Positions 18,421 to 29,084 of a stretch of 64,000 nucleotides of DNA are shown here, piece by piece. The DNA comes from an uncultured Enterobacteriaceae bacterium (GTDB lineage Bacteria; Desulfobacterota; Binatia; Bin18). The position numbers and the translations under genes were made by a program. Position 1 is the first letter of the stretch. Every line of letters begins with the position of its first letter. The notes beneath the pieces were generated by a model. It saw nothing but the letters and a program-made list of their open reading frames with translations, was not told the origin of the DNA and searched no databases. The stretch is from the NCBI GenBank assembly GCA_964441775.1, contig CAYTVL010000005.1:160395-224394 (forward strand). Direction: 5' to 3'.

Positions 18421-19191
18421 CTATTGTTTCTTGGCGACGAGCACGGCGATCGGATAGTCAAAGAGGATACTTTGCCCTTTTCGCCGAGTGTTCATCCCCA
18501 AGCCATCCGTATCCAACGTTTCCAGAAAAATCTGACGAATGGTGTCCGCATCACCAGGATTGGGGAAAGAGCGTTGTAGGGTGTCTTCCAGGTCAGATTC
18601 TACACGGTAGAATTTTTTACGAGGCGCAGGGAATCCAGTGCGCGCAAAAAGCGCTTCCAGCTCTGTCAGCGGTAGTCCTCGTACATGTGAAGGGTCGCGC
18701 AGTTTTTCCATGCGGTTATACGCTGCGGCTTTTTCCAAGTCCGGCGAGGCGGTCACGTCGATCACCGCCACCGTGCCGCCAGGAGCACAGACACGCTTCA
18801 TCTCCTCTAACACCGCCCCGGGATCGAGAAAATGATGGAAAGCATAGCGAGACACAACGATGGAGAACGAGGCGTCAGCGTAAGGTAGAGGCTGCACGTC
18901 GCCAACCCGCCAACTCACGTTCGTCAGTCCTTTGCTTTGCTGCAGCGTGCGAGCGTGTTCAATCATCGCCGGCGTGAGATCGATACCAGTCACGTGCCGC
19001 GCCACCTGAGCAAACGCGCAGACGACCAGTCCGGGACCGCACGCGACATCGAGTACGGTGTCTTCGGGACCAGCCCCGGTGAACTCAACCACTAGCTTCA
19101 GCGCCTCTTCATCTTTGATGCCTGGCGCGGTAGCGAACGGAACAGCTTGTTTGGTGAATTGGTCAAGAATGAGGTCTTGGTGGGTGGACAT
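18421..19191 (-). CDS. class I SAM-dependent methyltransferase (Methyltransf_11-like)
   Basis: Motif I VLDVACGPG, motif post-I/II, and PGGTVAVID. Confidence 0.75.
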   Translation of the reverse strand: MSTHQDLILDQFTKQAVPFATAPGIKDEEALKLVVEFTGAGPEDTVLDVACGPGLVVCAFAQVARHVTGIDLTPAMIEHARTLQQSKGLTNVSWRVGDVQPLPYADASFSIVVSRYAFHHFLDPGAVLEEMKRVCAPGGTVAVIDVTASPDLEKAAAYNRMEKLRDPSHVRGLPLTELEALFARTGFPAPRKKFYRVESDLEDTLQRSFPNPGDADTIRQIFLETLDTDGLGMNTRRKGQSILFDYPIAVLVAKKQ

Positions 19192-19218
19192 AAAAAGGTC
19201 CTGTCATGAAACGGGAGG

Positions 19219-19575
19219 TTACTTCATCGATCGCACGACCAACCAGGCCACGCCGTCAACCATCACAAACGTAAGAAGGACGCTAGCAACGCCAATGATC
19301 TCATAGGTGGTCATGAGCTTTCCTCCAGTTTGGAGCAGAGCATCCGCTCTCCGGTGAGCGAGAAAGAGCAGGGTCACAAAGGCTCCTTCGAGCCTCACAC
19401 CGGCAGTGAACGCGATGAGCTTGGCTCGGCTATCTAGAGTTGAAACCAAGCCGATGATTCCACTGCCATTCAAAAGTATGGTAGCCCACAGAAGGCGAAT
19501 CCAGTCCATGTAATAGTGGATTCGCTCTTTCGCGCCCTCAACGGAAGCCGCCCTACTTCGCGCGCGGAAGCTCAT
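19219..19575 (-). CDS. small hydrophobic membrane protein (hypothetical), translationally coupled to leuB (TAATG overlap)
   Basis: Three predicted TM segments. Its ATG overlaps the leuB TAA by one nucleotide. Alternative start at M42 (19509). Confidence 0.35.
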   Translation of the reverse strand: MSFRARSRAASVEGAKERIHYYMDWIRLLWATILLNGSGIIGLVSTLDSRAKLIAFTAGVRLEGAFVTLLFLAHRRADALLQTGGKLMTTYEIIGVASVLLTFVMVDGVAWLVVRSMK

Positions 19576-20654
19576 TACTGGAGTTTCTCTCGCACCAGCT
19601 TGCCCATCTCCGTGCAACTCACAAGACGGCATTCCGGCTGAGCAATGTCGCCGGTGCGATAGCCGCTCGCCAGCACGTCATCGACCGCCTTCTCGATCGC
19701 CGCCGCCGCGTCTTCTTGGTTGAAAGAAAGACGGAGCATGAGCGCGGTCGAAAGAATCGCTGCGAGAGGATTGGCTTTATTTTGTCCAGCAATATCCGGC
19801 GCCGTGCCGTGGATCGGTTCGTACAGTCCCCGTTTGCCGTCCCCCAATGATGCTGACGGCAGCATGCCCATTGATCCGGCCAGCATGGACGCTTCGTCAG
19901 TGAGAATATCGCCAAACATATTTTCAGCGGCAATCACATCGAAATCCTTTGGGCGACGGATGAGGTGCATCGACATCGCGTCAACCAAAACATCTTCATA
20001 TTGTACATCGGGATATTCTTTCGCCACCTCGTGCGCCACTTCCCGCCACATGCGCGAGGTCGCCATGATGTTGGCTTTGTCAACCGAGGTGAGCTTCTTG
20101 CGTCGCTTCCGCGCCAGTTCAAATGAGGCGCGCATGAGACGCGCCACTTCGCCTTCGGTATAGAAGATCGTATCGACCGCCTCGCGCCCCGCAGCGCCAG
20201 TGCGACGCTCACTAGGTCTGCCATAGTACACACCGCCGGTCAGTTCGCGTACGACAATCAGGTCAACACCGTCTAGCACTTCCGGTTTGAGCGTCGAAGA
20301 ATTGAGTAAATGACGGCTCACCTGAATGGGCCGCAAATTGGCGAAAAGCCCCAGCTCTTTGCGCAGCCCCAAGATCGCCTGTTCAGGTCGCACGGTCGAT
20401 TTGGGGTCGTCCCACTTGGGGCCACCCACCGCGCCCAGCAGCACGGCGTCGCTCTGTTGCGCCACGCGCAGCGCCGAGTCCGTCAGCGCCACGCCATGCG
20501 CATCAATCGAGCATCCACCTGCCAAAGCCTCTTCACAAGTAAAACTCAGGCCAAAGCGTTTCTCGACGACGTTGAGCGCCGCGAGCGCTTCTTTCATCAC
20601 TTCTGGACCAATGCCGTCTCCGGCAAACACTGCAACTTTGTGGGTCATCGTCAT
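19575..20654 (-). CDS. leuB: 3-isopropylmalate dehydrogenase
   Basis: [15 protein letters not shown]-terminus, NLRP, and GSMGM...DEA... isocitrate/isopropylmalate-DH family motifs; 359 aa. Confidence 0.95.
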   Translation of the reverse strand: MTMTHKVAVFAGDGIGPEVMKEALAALNVVEKRFGLSFTCEEALAGGCSIDAHGVALTDSALRVAQQSDAVLLGAVGGPKWDDPKSTVRPEQAILGLRKELGLFANLRPIQVSRHLLNSSTLKPEVLDGVDLIVVRELTGGVYYGRPSERRTGAAGREAVDTIFYTEGEVARLMRASFELARKRRKKLTSVDKANIMATSRMWREVAHEVAKEYPDVQYEDVLVDAMSMHLIRRPKDFDVIAAENMFGDILTDEASMLAGSMGMLPSASLGDGKRGLYEPIHGTAPDIAGQNKANPLAAILSTALMLRLSFNQEDAAAAIEKAVDDVLASGYRTGDIAQPECRLVSCTEMGKLVREKLQ

Positions 20655-20682
20655 TCCTTCTTTTCTTAATCGTTTTGTGTCT

Positions 20683-20722
20683 CCCCCTCACCGCGTCCCT
20701 CTCCCACAAGAGGAGAGGGAAC
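20683..20722. repeat. REP-like intergenic palindromic element, copy 1 (CCCCTCACC-GCG-TCCCTCTCC-cacaaga-GGAGAGGGA)
   Basis: Its arms are identical to those of the element at 41087-41126 but the loop differs. Located between leuB and leuA. Confidence 0.5.
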
Positions 20723-20785
20723 CAGAGACCACGGGGTCCGAAAACAAACCATGCAGGGCTACCTGTACTCAGGACTCGGCACTGG

Positions 20786-22339
20786 TTAGGGCCCTTCGCG
20801 ATGGAGCCCAGCTTGCTGGCCGTATTGCTCACGATGCGCGAGCTTATTCAAGGCGTTGATCAGCGCAAGCGCGCTGGCCATGATGATGTCGGTGTGCGAG
20901 CCTTGCCCGTTCACGGACATGCCGTTCTCGCGGACCATGCAGGTCACTTCGCCCTGCGCATCGGTGCCGCCAGTAATCGACTTGACCGCGTAACGCTCCA
21001 ATTTGGGCTCGATGCCAGCGATCTTCAAAATCGCTTTATAACAAGCGTCCACCATACCATCGCCGGACGCATTCGCCATGAATTCTTGGCCATCAACTTT
21101 CAGTTTGACCGTGGCATAGGGCGTGCCCATGCTGGACGACGTGACGTTGAGATACGCCAGTTCATACTTGTCGGACATACGCGTGGCCTCTTCGGTCACG
21201 ATAGCAATCAGATCTTCATCGTAGACATTTTTCTTTTTGTCGGCGAGTTCCTTGAAACGATCGAACGCCTTGTTCATGTCCGTGCCCGTGAAGTCAATAC
21301 CAAGATGCTTTAAGCGGTCCACAAAAGCGTGCCGACCGGAGTGTTTGCCGAGGACCAGTTTGTTGCTGTCGATCCCCACATCTTGCGGCTGCATGATTTC
21401 GTAGGTCAATTTATACTTTAAGACGCCATCTTGATGGATGCCCGCCTCATGGGCAAACGCATTGGCCCCGACGATCGGCTTGTTTTGCGGCACGCTGAGA
21501 CCGGTGATCTGCGACAGGAGCTGACTGGAAGGATAGATCTGCTCACTGCGAATGTTCGTCCGCACATGCGCAAACACATCTTCGCGCGTTCGCAGCGCCA
21601 TCACGACTTCTTCCATCGATGTATTGCCGGCGCGTTCGCCGATGCCGTTGATGGTGCACTCAACCTGGCGCACGCCGTTCTCAATGGCCGCCAGCGAATT
21701 AGCCACGGCCATGCCCAAGTCATTATGACAATGAGCACTCCACGTTACCTTGTCGCCCCCAGGAGTCTGTTCGCGCAACTTCCGAAACATGGCGCCATAC
21801 TGATGCGGCAGCGCATAGCCCACCGTGTCAGGGGCGTTAATCGTCACCGCGCCGGCTTTGATCGCCTCACCGAAAATCTGTGTGAGATACGCAAAGTCGG
21901 TGCGCGACGCATCTTCGGCGGAGAATTCTATATAGTCAACGTATTTCTTGGCAAGACTTATGGCCCATACAGCGGCGTCTAACGCTTCTTGACGGCTCAT
22001 CATCAGCTTGTGTTTCAGGTGGATATCCGACGTCGCAATAAAGATATGCACGCCAGGATGTTTGGCTTTTTCCACGGCTTTCACGGCGCGCGTCACATCC
22101 AGTTCCTTCGTGCGCGCGAGGCTCAAGACAATGGGGAAGGACACGGTTTCGGCGACGCGCCGAACGGACTCGAAGTCGCCATCGGACGAAGCCGCAAACC
22201 CCGCTTCGATGATATCCACGTTGAGTTTCTCAAGCTGCCGGGCGATCAACAGCTTTTCTTCCACGTTCATGGTCGCGCCCGGTGATTGTTCTCCGTCGCG
22301 CAACGTAGTGTCGAAAATCTTCACAACTTCCCGTTCCAT
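20786..22339 (-). CDS. leuA: 2-isopropylmalate synthase
   Basis: LRDGEQ motif, HxH metal site (HCHNDLG), and C-terminal LeuA dimerisation/regulatory domain. The ATG at 22339 has an AAGGAGG SD 7 nt upstream. Confidence 0.95.
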   Translation of the reverse strand: MEREVVKIFDTTLRDGEQSPGATMNVEEKLLIARQLEKLNVDIIEAGFAASSDGDFESVRRVAETVSFPIVLSLARTKELDVTRAVKAVEKAKHPGVHIFIATSDIHLKHKLMMSRQEALDAAVWAISLAKKYVDYIEFSAEDASRTDFAYLTQIFGEAIKAGAVTINAPDTVGYALPHQYGAMFRKLREQTPGGDKVTWSAHCHNDLGMAVANSLAAIENGVRQVECTINGIGERAGNTSMEEVVMALRTREDVFAHVRTNIRSEQIYPSSQLLSQITGLSVPQNKPIVGANAFAHEAGIHQDGVLKYKLTYEIMQPQDVGIDSNKLVLGKHSGRHAFVDRLKHLGIDFTGTDMNKAFDRFKELADKKKNVYDEDLIAIVTEEATRMSDKYELAYLNVTSSSMGTPYATVKLKVDGQEFMANASGDGMVDACYKAILKIAGIEPKLERYAVKSITGGTDAQGEVTCMVRENGMSVNGQGSHTDIIMASALALINALNKLAHREQYGQQAGLHREGP

Positions 22340-22373
22340 AACAAACCTCCTTGCAAATTCACAAAACAAAAAA

Positions 22374-22397
22374 GGGTTGCGAGATCGCCCGCAACCC
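22374..22397 (-). terminator. intrinsic terminator/attenuator hairpin 2 (GGGUUGCG-N8-CGCAACCC + UUUUUUGUUUUGU on the minus strand), ending ~20 nt upstream of the leuA SD
   Basis: Perfect 8-bp GC-rich stem followed by a U-run, read on the minus strand. Confidence 0.6.
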
Positions 22398-22412
22398 TTT
22401 TACAAAGAAAAA

Positions 22413-22444
22413 GGGCCACGAGCTGTTGGTCCCGCCCGTGGCCC
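22413..22444 (-). terminator. intrinsic terminator/attenuator hairpin 1 (GGGCCACG-N16-CGUGGCCC + UUUUUCUUUGU on the minus strand)
   Basis: Perfect 8-bp stem followed by a U-run. Tandem with hairpin 2, between pssA and leuA. Confidence 0.6.
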
Positions 22445-22461
22445 TTGGAAGTTTCGCGTTG

Positions 22462-22563
22462 TTACGCGTTCCCCTCGGACCCTCTAGGCGGGGTGGTAAG
22501 CAGCAGGCCTAGCAGCAGACCGGCGAGCCCCAATAGTAGTCCGAGAGCAACTGCGTGTGTCAT
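22462..22563 (-). CDS. candidate leucine-operon leader peptide (33 aa, MTHAVALGLLLGLAGLLLGLLLTTPPRGSEGNA)
   Basis: ATG 10 nt after the pssA stop with an AAGGG SD-like sequence 7 nt upstream; 11 Leu codons including three LLL triplets; followed 18 nt later by two terminator-like hairpins and then leuA. Could equally be a chance hydrophobic frame. Confidence 0.3.
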   Translation of the reverse strand: MTHAVALGLLLGLAGLLLGLLLTTPPRGSEGNA

Positions 22564-22572
22564 TGCTAGCCC

Positions 22573-23382
22573 TTATAACGAACTTTCTTCCTCGGTGTCA
22601 AGTGAGCGCAGCGAATGAGGGACATCGATGACGTCGCTGAGGTCAGCGTGCTCATCCATTTCGCCTCTCCGAAAGAACCGCATCAGCGCCCAGACAGGAC
22701 CAGACATAGTGTACAGTGAAAAGATGCTGAACAGCATAATTTGCGGCTCAGCAATCGTCAGTTGGATCACGACAATCCCTAACAGCAGCGTCCATAATGG
22801 CTGGCGATTGTAGAAATGAATTTCTTTAAAACTGTAATAGGGAATGCCGCTGACCATGAGTCCAGCCAGTAGATAAATGAGCAAAAGCAGCGTGATGTGC
22901 TTATGTGTGGCGCCTTCTCCACCCATGAAAAAATACATGAGTATCGTCGTCGCCACGACCGCGGCGGCGGCAGGGATAGGAAGACCGACAAAATTCATCT
23001 TGCTAATCGTACCAACCTGCACGTTGAAACGCGCCAAACGGAGCGCCCCGCAGATGACATAGAGCGAAGCGGCAAGCCAGCCCCAGGCGCCCCAGGGCTC
23101 CAGCGCCCAGCGATAGGCGAGGGCTCCCGGCGCGACGCCGAACGCGATCACATCAGACAGCGAGTCGTATTCCACGCCAAACTGACTAGAAGTCTTCGTC
23201 AAGCGAGCAATCCGCCCATCGAGCGCGTCAAACACCTGCGCTACGAGAATAGCGACCGCTGCTAGCAAATAATCCTCTTTAATCGTCGCCACGACGGAGA
23301 AGAAACCGCAAAATAGACCACCGGACGTCACAAGGTTAGGGAGAATGTAAACACCTTTGCGCATTTGCATCGGCGTCGGCAT
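22573..23382 (-). CDS. pssA: CDP-diacylglycerol--serine O-phosphatidyltransferase (CDP-alcohol phosphatidyltransferase family)
   Basis: CDP-OH-PT motif DALDGRIAR...G...D..SD..AFG. Start taken at the ATG at 23382 (AGGA upstream); the ORF-track TTG start at 23442 would overlap psd by 29 nt. Confidence 0.8.
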   Translation of the reverse strand: MPTPMQMRKGVYILPNLVTSGGLFCGFFSVVATIKEDYLLAAVAILVAQVFDALDGRIARLTKTSSQFGVEYDSLSDVIAFGVAPGALAYRWALEPWGAWGWLAASLYVICGALRLARFNVQVGTISKMNFVGLPIPAAAAVVATTILMYFFMGGEGATHKHITLLLLIYLLAGLMVSGIPYYSFKEIHFYNRQPLWTLLLGIVVIQLTIAEPQIMLFSIFSLYTMSGPVWALMRFFRRGEMDEHADLSDVIDVPHSLRSLDTEEESSL

Positions 23383-23413
23383 TTTTTTCCGTCCTGGGAG
23401 GACACGAAATTTT

Positions 23414-24058
23414 CTACGCAATGGAGCCATGAAACTTACCAATGACCGTTTCTCCAGCCTTTACGCGCTGGCCAACCTGAACCCTGACTTCGATCTCTGG
23501 GGCGCAGTAAATATCCACACGGGACCCTAACATAATCATACCGTAACGATCGCCGCGCTGCACCCGTTCCCCTCCTTTGAGGGCGCATACGATGCGACGC
23601 GCTAGGATGCCGGCCACTTGTACCATCACCACTCGGCGTCCTTTGTCATCTTGGAGAGTCACGGCGTTTTGTTCGTTCACCTCAGTCGCGTCAGCCGCAA
23701 AAGCCGGGCGAAATTGACCAAGGTGATATTGTACGGCAGTCACCTGGCCGGCGATGGGCGCGCGATTCACATGCACATCGAGCGGCGACATAAAAATGCC
23801 GACGCGCGTCACCGACGCCGAGAGGAACCGATTGTCCTGAAAGTGCTTTTCGATGGTGACAACTTTCCCGTCTGCCGGAGCAACGAGGCAATCCTCTTCT
23901 TCTGGAGCGTACCGTTCCGGATCACGAAAGAAGTACGCGACAAACAGCGTGATGAGAAAGAGAAGAAAGCCGAGGGTCGGAAAGCCAAAGAGATTCAGGA
24001 GAAGGGCGACGACGGCGAGACCGAGGATGCGAGAGTGGCCTGCAGGAGCAAAGCGCAT
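23414..24058 (-). CDS. psd: phosphatidylserine decarboxylase family protein (short, archaeal-type proenzyme)
   Basis: N-terminal TM segments plus a C-terminal G-S-R/T self-cleavage-type motif (MLGSRVD); ~214 aa. Located between ilvC and pssA. Confidence 0.75.
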   Translation of the reverse strand: MRFAPAGHSRILGLAVVALLLNLFGFPTLGFLLFLITLFVAYFFRDPERYAPEEEDCLVAPADGKVVTIEKHFQDNRFLSASVTRVGIFMSPLDVHVNRAPIAGQVTAVQYHLGQFRPAFAADATEVNEQNAVTLQDDKGRRVVMVQVAGILARRIVCALKGGERVQRGDRYGMIMLGSRVDIYCAPEIEVRVQVGQRVKAGETVIGKFHGSIA

Positions 24059-24126
24059 GTGATTTCGGCAAGAAGCCAGGTAAGCCGTGGGCTTAACGAG
24101 AGCCCACGGCCTGGGGCCCTCTTGAG

Positions 24127-25697
<1,571 letters not shown>

Positions 25698-25793
25698 GAG
25701 TCCTCAAGAGCAGTGTGGGGCGGATCACAGTGAGAAAAAAAGCGCCCTTCACCGCCCCCACGAGACCCGTTGCTGTTCAGGAACGCAATTTTC

Positions 25794-26024
25794 TCAGGCT
25801 GCCGCCTGACGATACCGAGCAAGGATCTCCATCATCCGATCCCTGCCCGCCAATTTTTGTTTCTGGATACGTTTCTGTTCAAATTCTTCTTCTTCGGTGA
25901 GGTGGGATTTTTGTCTCAGCCCTTCCAGTTGCCGTTTGAGCTCCACGTGTTCTTCGTAGTACCAACGCAATTCAGGGTTGGTGTCAATCAATGAACGAAT
26001 CTGGGCTTCTTCTTTTACATCCAT
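25794..26024 (-). CDS. DUF465 (YdcH-like) small coiled-coil protein
   Basis: IRSLIDTNPELRWYYEEHVELKRQLE pattern of the DUF465 family. Start taken at MDVKEE. Confidence 0.55.
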   Translation of the reverse strand: MDVKEEAQIRSLIDTNPELRWYYEEHVELKRQLEGLRQKSHLTEEEEFEQKRIQKQKLAGRDRMMEILARYRQAAA

Positions 26025-26175
26025 AACGAGAACCTCCCTGATAGAAGAGCAGTCCACCGAATCTACCAAGCCTACCGTGCTTGTCAACGTCAGTGGTTCC
26101 TATCGAAATGAAGATCATTTTCCTCCTGTCGGATACGGGCTCAGGCTTGTGTAACCGAGCCCGGTGTAATCTACA

Positions 26176-28266
26176 CTAGCGCGCTTGGTGTTCAGCTTGT
26201 GTTTGCTTGGCTTCCTGAATGATTTTCTCCGTCAGATGATGCGGCACTTCTTCATAATGAGAAAATTCCATTTGGAAAGTGCCGCGTCCACTCGTCATAG
26301 AGCGCAGATCAGGCGCATAGGTTAAGATTTCCGACATCGGCACAGCGGCCTTAATGATCTGATTATGTCCTTTGGCGTCGACACTCAGCAGTCGACCGCG
26401 CCGACGGTTGAGATCGCCAGTGATATCACCGATATTCTCTTCGGGCACGACGACCTCGACCAGCATGACCGGTTCAAGAATGACCGGCCTGGCTTTTTCA
26501 ATAGCGTTCTGTACGCCTAATGACCCGGCAATTTGAAAGGCGAGATCGGAGGAGTCTACCTCGTGATAGGAACCGTCGTATAGCGCCACACGGATGTCCA
26601 CGAGAGGATAGCCCGCCAGAAATCCCTTGGTGAGCGCATTCACCACCCCTTTTTCCACGGAAGGGATGTATTGCCGAGGAATGGCGCCGCCTTTGATTTC
26701 ATCAACAAACTGGAATCCTTGACCGCGCGGCAGCGGCTCGATACGAATCCACGTATCGCCGAACTGACCGCGACCACCGGTTTGCTTTTTCAGTCGGCCT
26801 TGCGCATCGGCTTTTCCGGTGATCGTCTCACGATAAGGCACTTTTGGCGCCTTTAGGTCGACCTCAACGCCATATTTCCGTTTCAACTTCTCGACGATGA
26901 CTTCGACGTGCAACTGCCCGGCGCCCGACAAAATGATGTCATTGTTCTGCGGATCACGGCTCATCTTCAAAGCCGGGTCTTCTTCCCCCAGGCGATGGAG
27001 CGAGGACATAATTTTTTCTTCGTCTCCGCGAGATTTGAGCCCCAAGGCAAAAGAGATCACCGGAGAAAACTCGGCCAAAGGAGGGAACACGATCGGCGCT
27101 TTGTCATCGCATAAGGTGTCGCCGGTATGGGTTTCTTTAAGTTTCGCCACGGCAATGATCTCGCCAGGCAGTGCTGAAGGAACGGGCTGCTGTTTTTTTC
27201 CGTCCAAGTGAAAGAGCTGCCCTAGCCGTTCTTTCGTGTCCCGGGTCGCATTCGTCACCACGGAATCACTATCGACTTTCCCAGAACACACAACGAACAG
27301 GGATAGCTTGCCAGTGGGCGACTCCACCGTTTTGAACACGCGCGCTGAGAACGGCTCCGCTGGGTCAGGCTTGCGTTCGACGGACTCATGGGTTTTTGGG
27401 TTCATCCCCGCCACTACTGGGCGATCCGCAGGAGAGGGTAAATAGTCGACCACAGCATCGAGCAATGGCTGAATCCCTGCACAGCGCAAACCCGACGCAT
27501 ACAACACGGGGAAGAGCTTGCCGGACACGACGCCTTCTCGCAATCCTTGCTTGAGTTCTTGAGCAGTAATCTCATCCCCTTCAAGATAGCGAGCCAATAA
27601 TTCGTCGTTCGTTTCGGCGACGGCTTCGACGAGTTTTTCCCGATACTCATCGGCTTCCCCTTGCACGTCGCCAGGAATCTCTTGCTCTTGCACGGCGCCG
27701 TTATCGCCCTGGAAAATCAAGGCTTTCATCGCCAGCAAGTCCACTACGCCACGAAAGTTCGCTTGGCTGCCGATCGGCACCTGAATAGGAACCAGCTTGG
27801 CGTCGAGCGTTTTGGTCATCTCGTTCAGCGCCTGCGCCAGAGCACCTTCTTCTCGGTCGGCCCGCGAAATGCACACCAGCCGCGCCAGCCCCAGGTCATT
27901 GGCCCATCCCCAAATGCGCTCACTCTCAACTTTGAGCTGCCCGGTGGGGTTTGCCACAAAAATTCCCGCACTCATCGCTTCCATGGCGTGACGAGTATCG
28001 GCCAGGAAATTCGCGTACCCAGGAGGATCAACCATAAACAAGGAGTGACGTTTCCACGTCAGCGAGTGAAACGCGGTGGACAGCGTAATTTTACGACGCA
28101 CCTCTTCGGGTTCAAAGTCGAACACCGAGCTGCCGTCTTCCACACGGCCCTGACGTGTGATCGCCCCAGCGGCGTAGAGCAGCGCTTCTCCGAGAGACGT
28201 TTTGCCCGCCCCGCCTTCGGCAAGCAGCCCAATCGTTCTGATACGGCGGATGTCTTCAACAGCCAT
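26176..28266 (-). CDS. fusA: elongation factor G (EF-G paralogue, not in an str-operon context)
   Basis: G1 AEGGAGKTS, G3 DPPGYANF and the NADR-equivalent region, with domains II-V present; ~697 aa. The ATG at 28266 is preceded by GAAGGAGGG. Confidence 0.9.
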   Translation of the reverse strand: MAVEDIRRIRTIGLLAEGGAGKTSLGEALLYAAGAITRQGRVEDGSSVFDFEPEEVRRKITLSTAFHSLTWKRHSLFMVDPPGYANFLADTRHAMEAMSAGIFVANPTGQLKVESERIWGWANDLGLARLVCISRADREEGALAQALNEMTKTLDAKLVPIQVPIGSQANFRGVVDLLAMKALIFQGDNGAVQEQEIPGDVQGEADEYREKLVEAVAETNDELLARYLEGDEITAQELKQGLREGVVSGKLFPVLYASGLRCAGIQPLLDAVVDYLPSPADRPVVAGMNPKTHESVERKPDPAEPFSARVFKTVESPTGKLSLFVVCSGKVDSDSVVTNATRDTKERLGQLFHLDGKKQQPVPSALPGEIIAVAKLKETHTGDTLCDDKAPIVFPPLAEFSPVISFALGLKSRGDEEKIMSSLHRLGEEDPALKMSRDPQNNDIILSGAGQLHVEVIVEKLKRKYGVEVDLKAPKVPYRETITGKADAQGRLKKQTGGRGQFGDTWIRIEPLPRGQGFQFVDEIKGGAIPRQYIPSVEKGVVNALTKGFLAGYPLVDIRVALYDGSYHEVDSSDLAFQIAGSLGVQNAIEKARPVILEPVMLVEVVVPEENIGDITGDLNRRRGRLLSVDAKGHNQIIKAAVPMSEILTYAPDLRSMTSGRGTFQMEFSHYEEVPHHLTEKIIQEAKQTQAEHQAR

Positions 28267-28319
28267 AGTGCCCTCCTTCACAATTGCGTCAGCGCCTCAT
28301 TGCCTCACTGACGCAACAG

Positions 28320-29084
28320 TCATTGATTTCGTTCGTACAAGATACGCAATCCTTCCAACGTAAGATACTCGTCTACCTCTTCAATACTGACCGATTCGGC
28401 CGCGATCAATTTTGCGAATCCACCAGTGGCGATGATGCGCGCCCTGACTTTGTTTTCCCTTTGGATGCGATCAATCATACCGTCCACCAAGGCGGTATAG
28501 CCGAAAAAGATGCCGGACTGGATGGCGTGCACAGTGTTGCGACCAATCACTTTTGGCGGTTTGACGAATTCCACCCGGTATAGCTTGGCGGTCTTATGGA
28601 AGAGCGCGTCGAGCGATATCCCCACGCCCGGCACGATGGCGCCGCCAAGATACTCTCCGGCAGACGTCACGTAGTCGAACGTCGTCGCCGTACCGAAGTC
28701 GACCACAATCGTGACGTCACGAAAACGCTCGTAGGCAGCTACGGCGTTGACAATGCGATCCGCCCCGACTTCACGAGGATTATCGTAGAGAATCGGCATC
28801 CCGGTCTTGATGCCAGGCCCTACCACGAGAGGTTGCAGGCGAAAATACTTCTCCGCCAACTCCGCCATCACATTGGTCATGGGCGGCACCACGCATGACA
28901 CCACCATGCCTTCCACGGCGGAAAAATTCAGCTCAGAAGCAACGAACAGACTGCGCAGCAGGACGCCATATTCATCGGCGGTCCGCTCCGCTTCGGTTAA
29001 GAGACGCCAATGTCGGGTCAGCTTCTTTCCCTGATAGAGCCCGATCACGGTATGGGTGTTGCCTACATCAACGGCGAGGATCAT
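28320..29084 (-). CDS. coaX: type III pantothenate kinase
   Basis: MILAVDVGNTHT N-terminus and ...DFGTATTFD... ASKHA-fold CoaX motifs; 254 aa. Confidence 0.9.
   Translation of the reverse strand: MILAVDVGNTHTVIGLYQGKKLTRHWRLLTEAERTADEYGVLLRSLFVASELNFSAVEGMVVSCVVPPMTNVMAELAEKYFRLQPLVVGPGIKTGMPILYDNPREVGADRIVNAVAAYERFRDVTIVVDFGTATTFDYVTSAGEYLGGAIVPGVGISLDALFHKTAKLYRVEFVKPPKVIGRNTVHAIQSGIFFGYTALVDGMIDRIQRENKVRARIIATGGFAKLIAAESVSIEEVDEYLTLEGLRILYERNQ

Noticed and set aside
18123-18977. 284-aa + strand ORF spanning the cstA/methyltransferase junction
   Set aside because: It is antisense to two confident genes and has Pro/Arg-rich low complexity.
20326-21313. Long + strand ORFs 20326..20859 and 20675..21313
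   Set aside because: They are antisense to leuB/leuA and have Arg/Ala/Ser/Pro-rich composition. leuA/leuB on the opposite strand are unambiguous.
26088-26175. Hairpin GGGCTC-N14-GAGCCC downstream of the EF-G gene as a terminator
   Set aside because: It is not followed by a U-run on the relevant (minus) strand, so it is a weak candidate only and is not listed as a feature.
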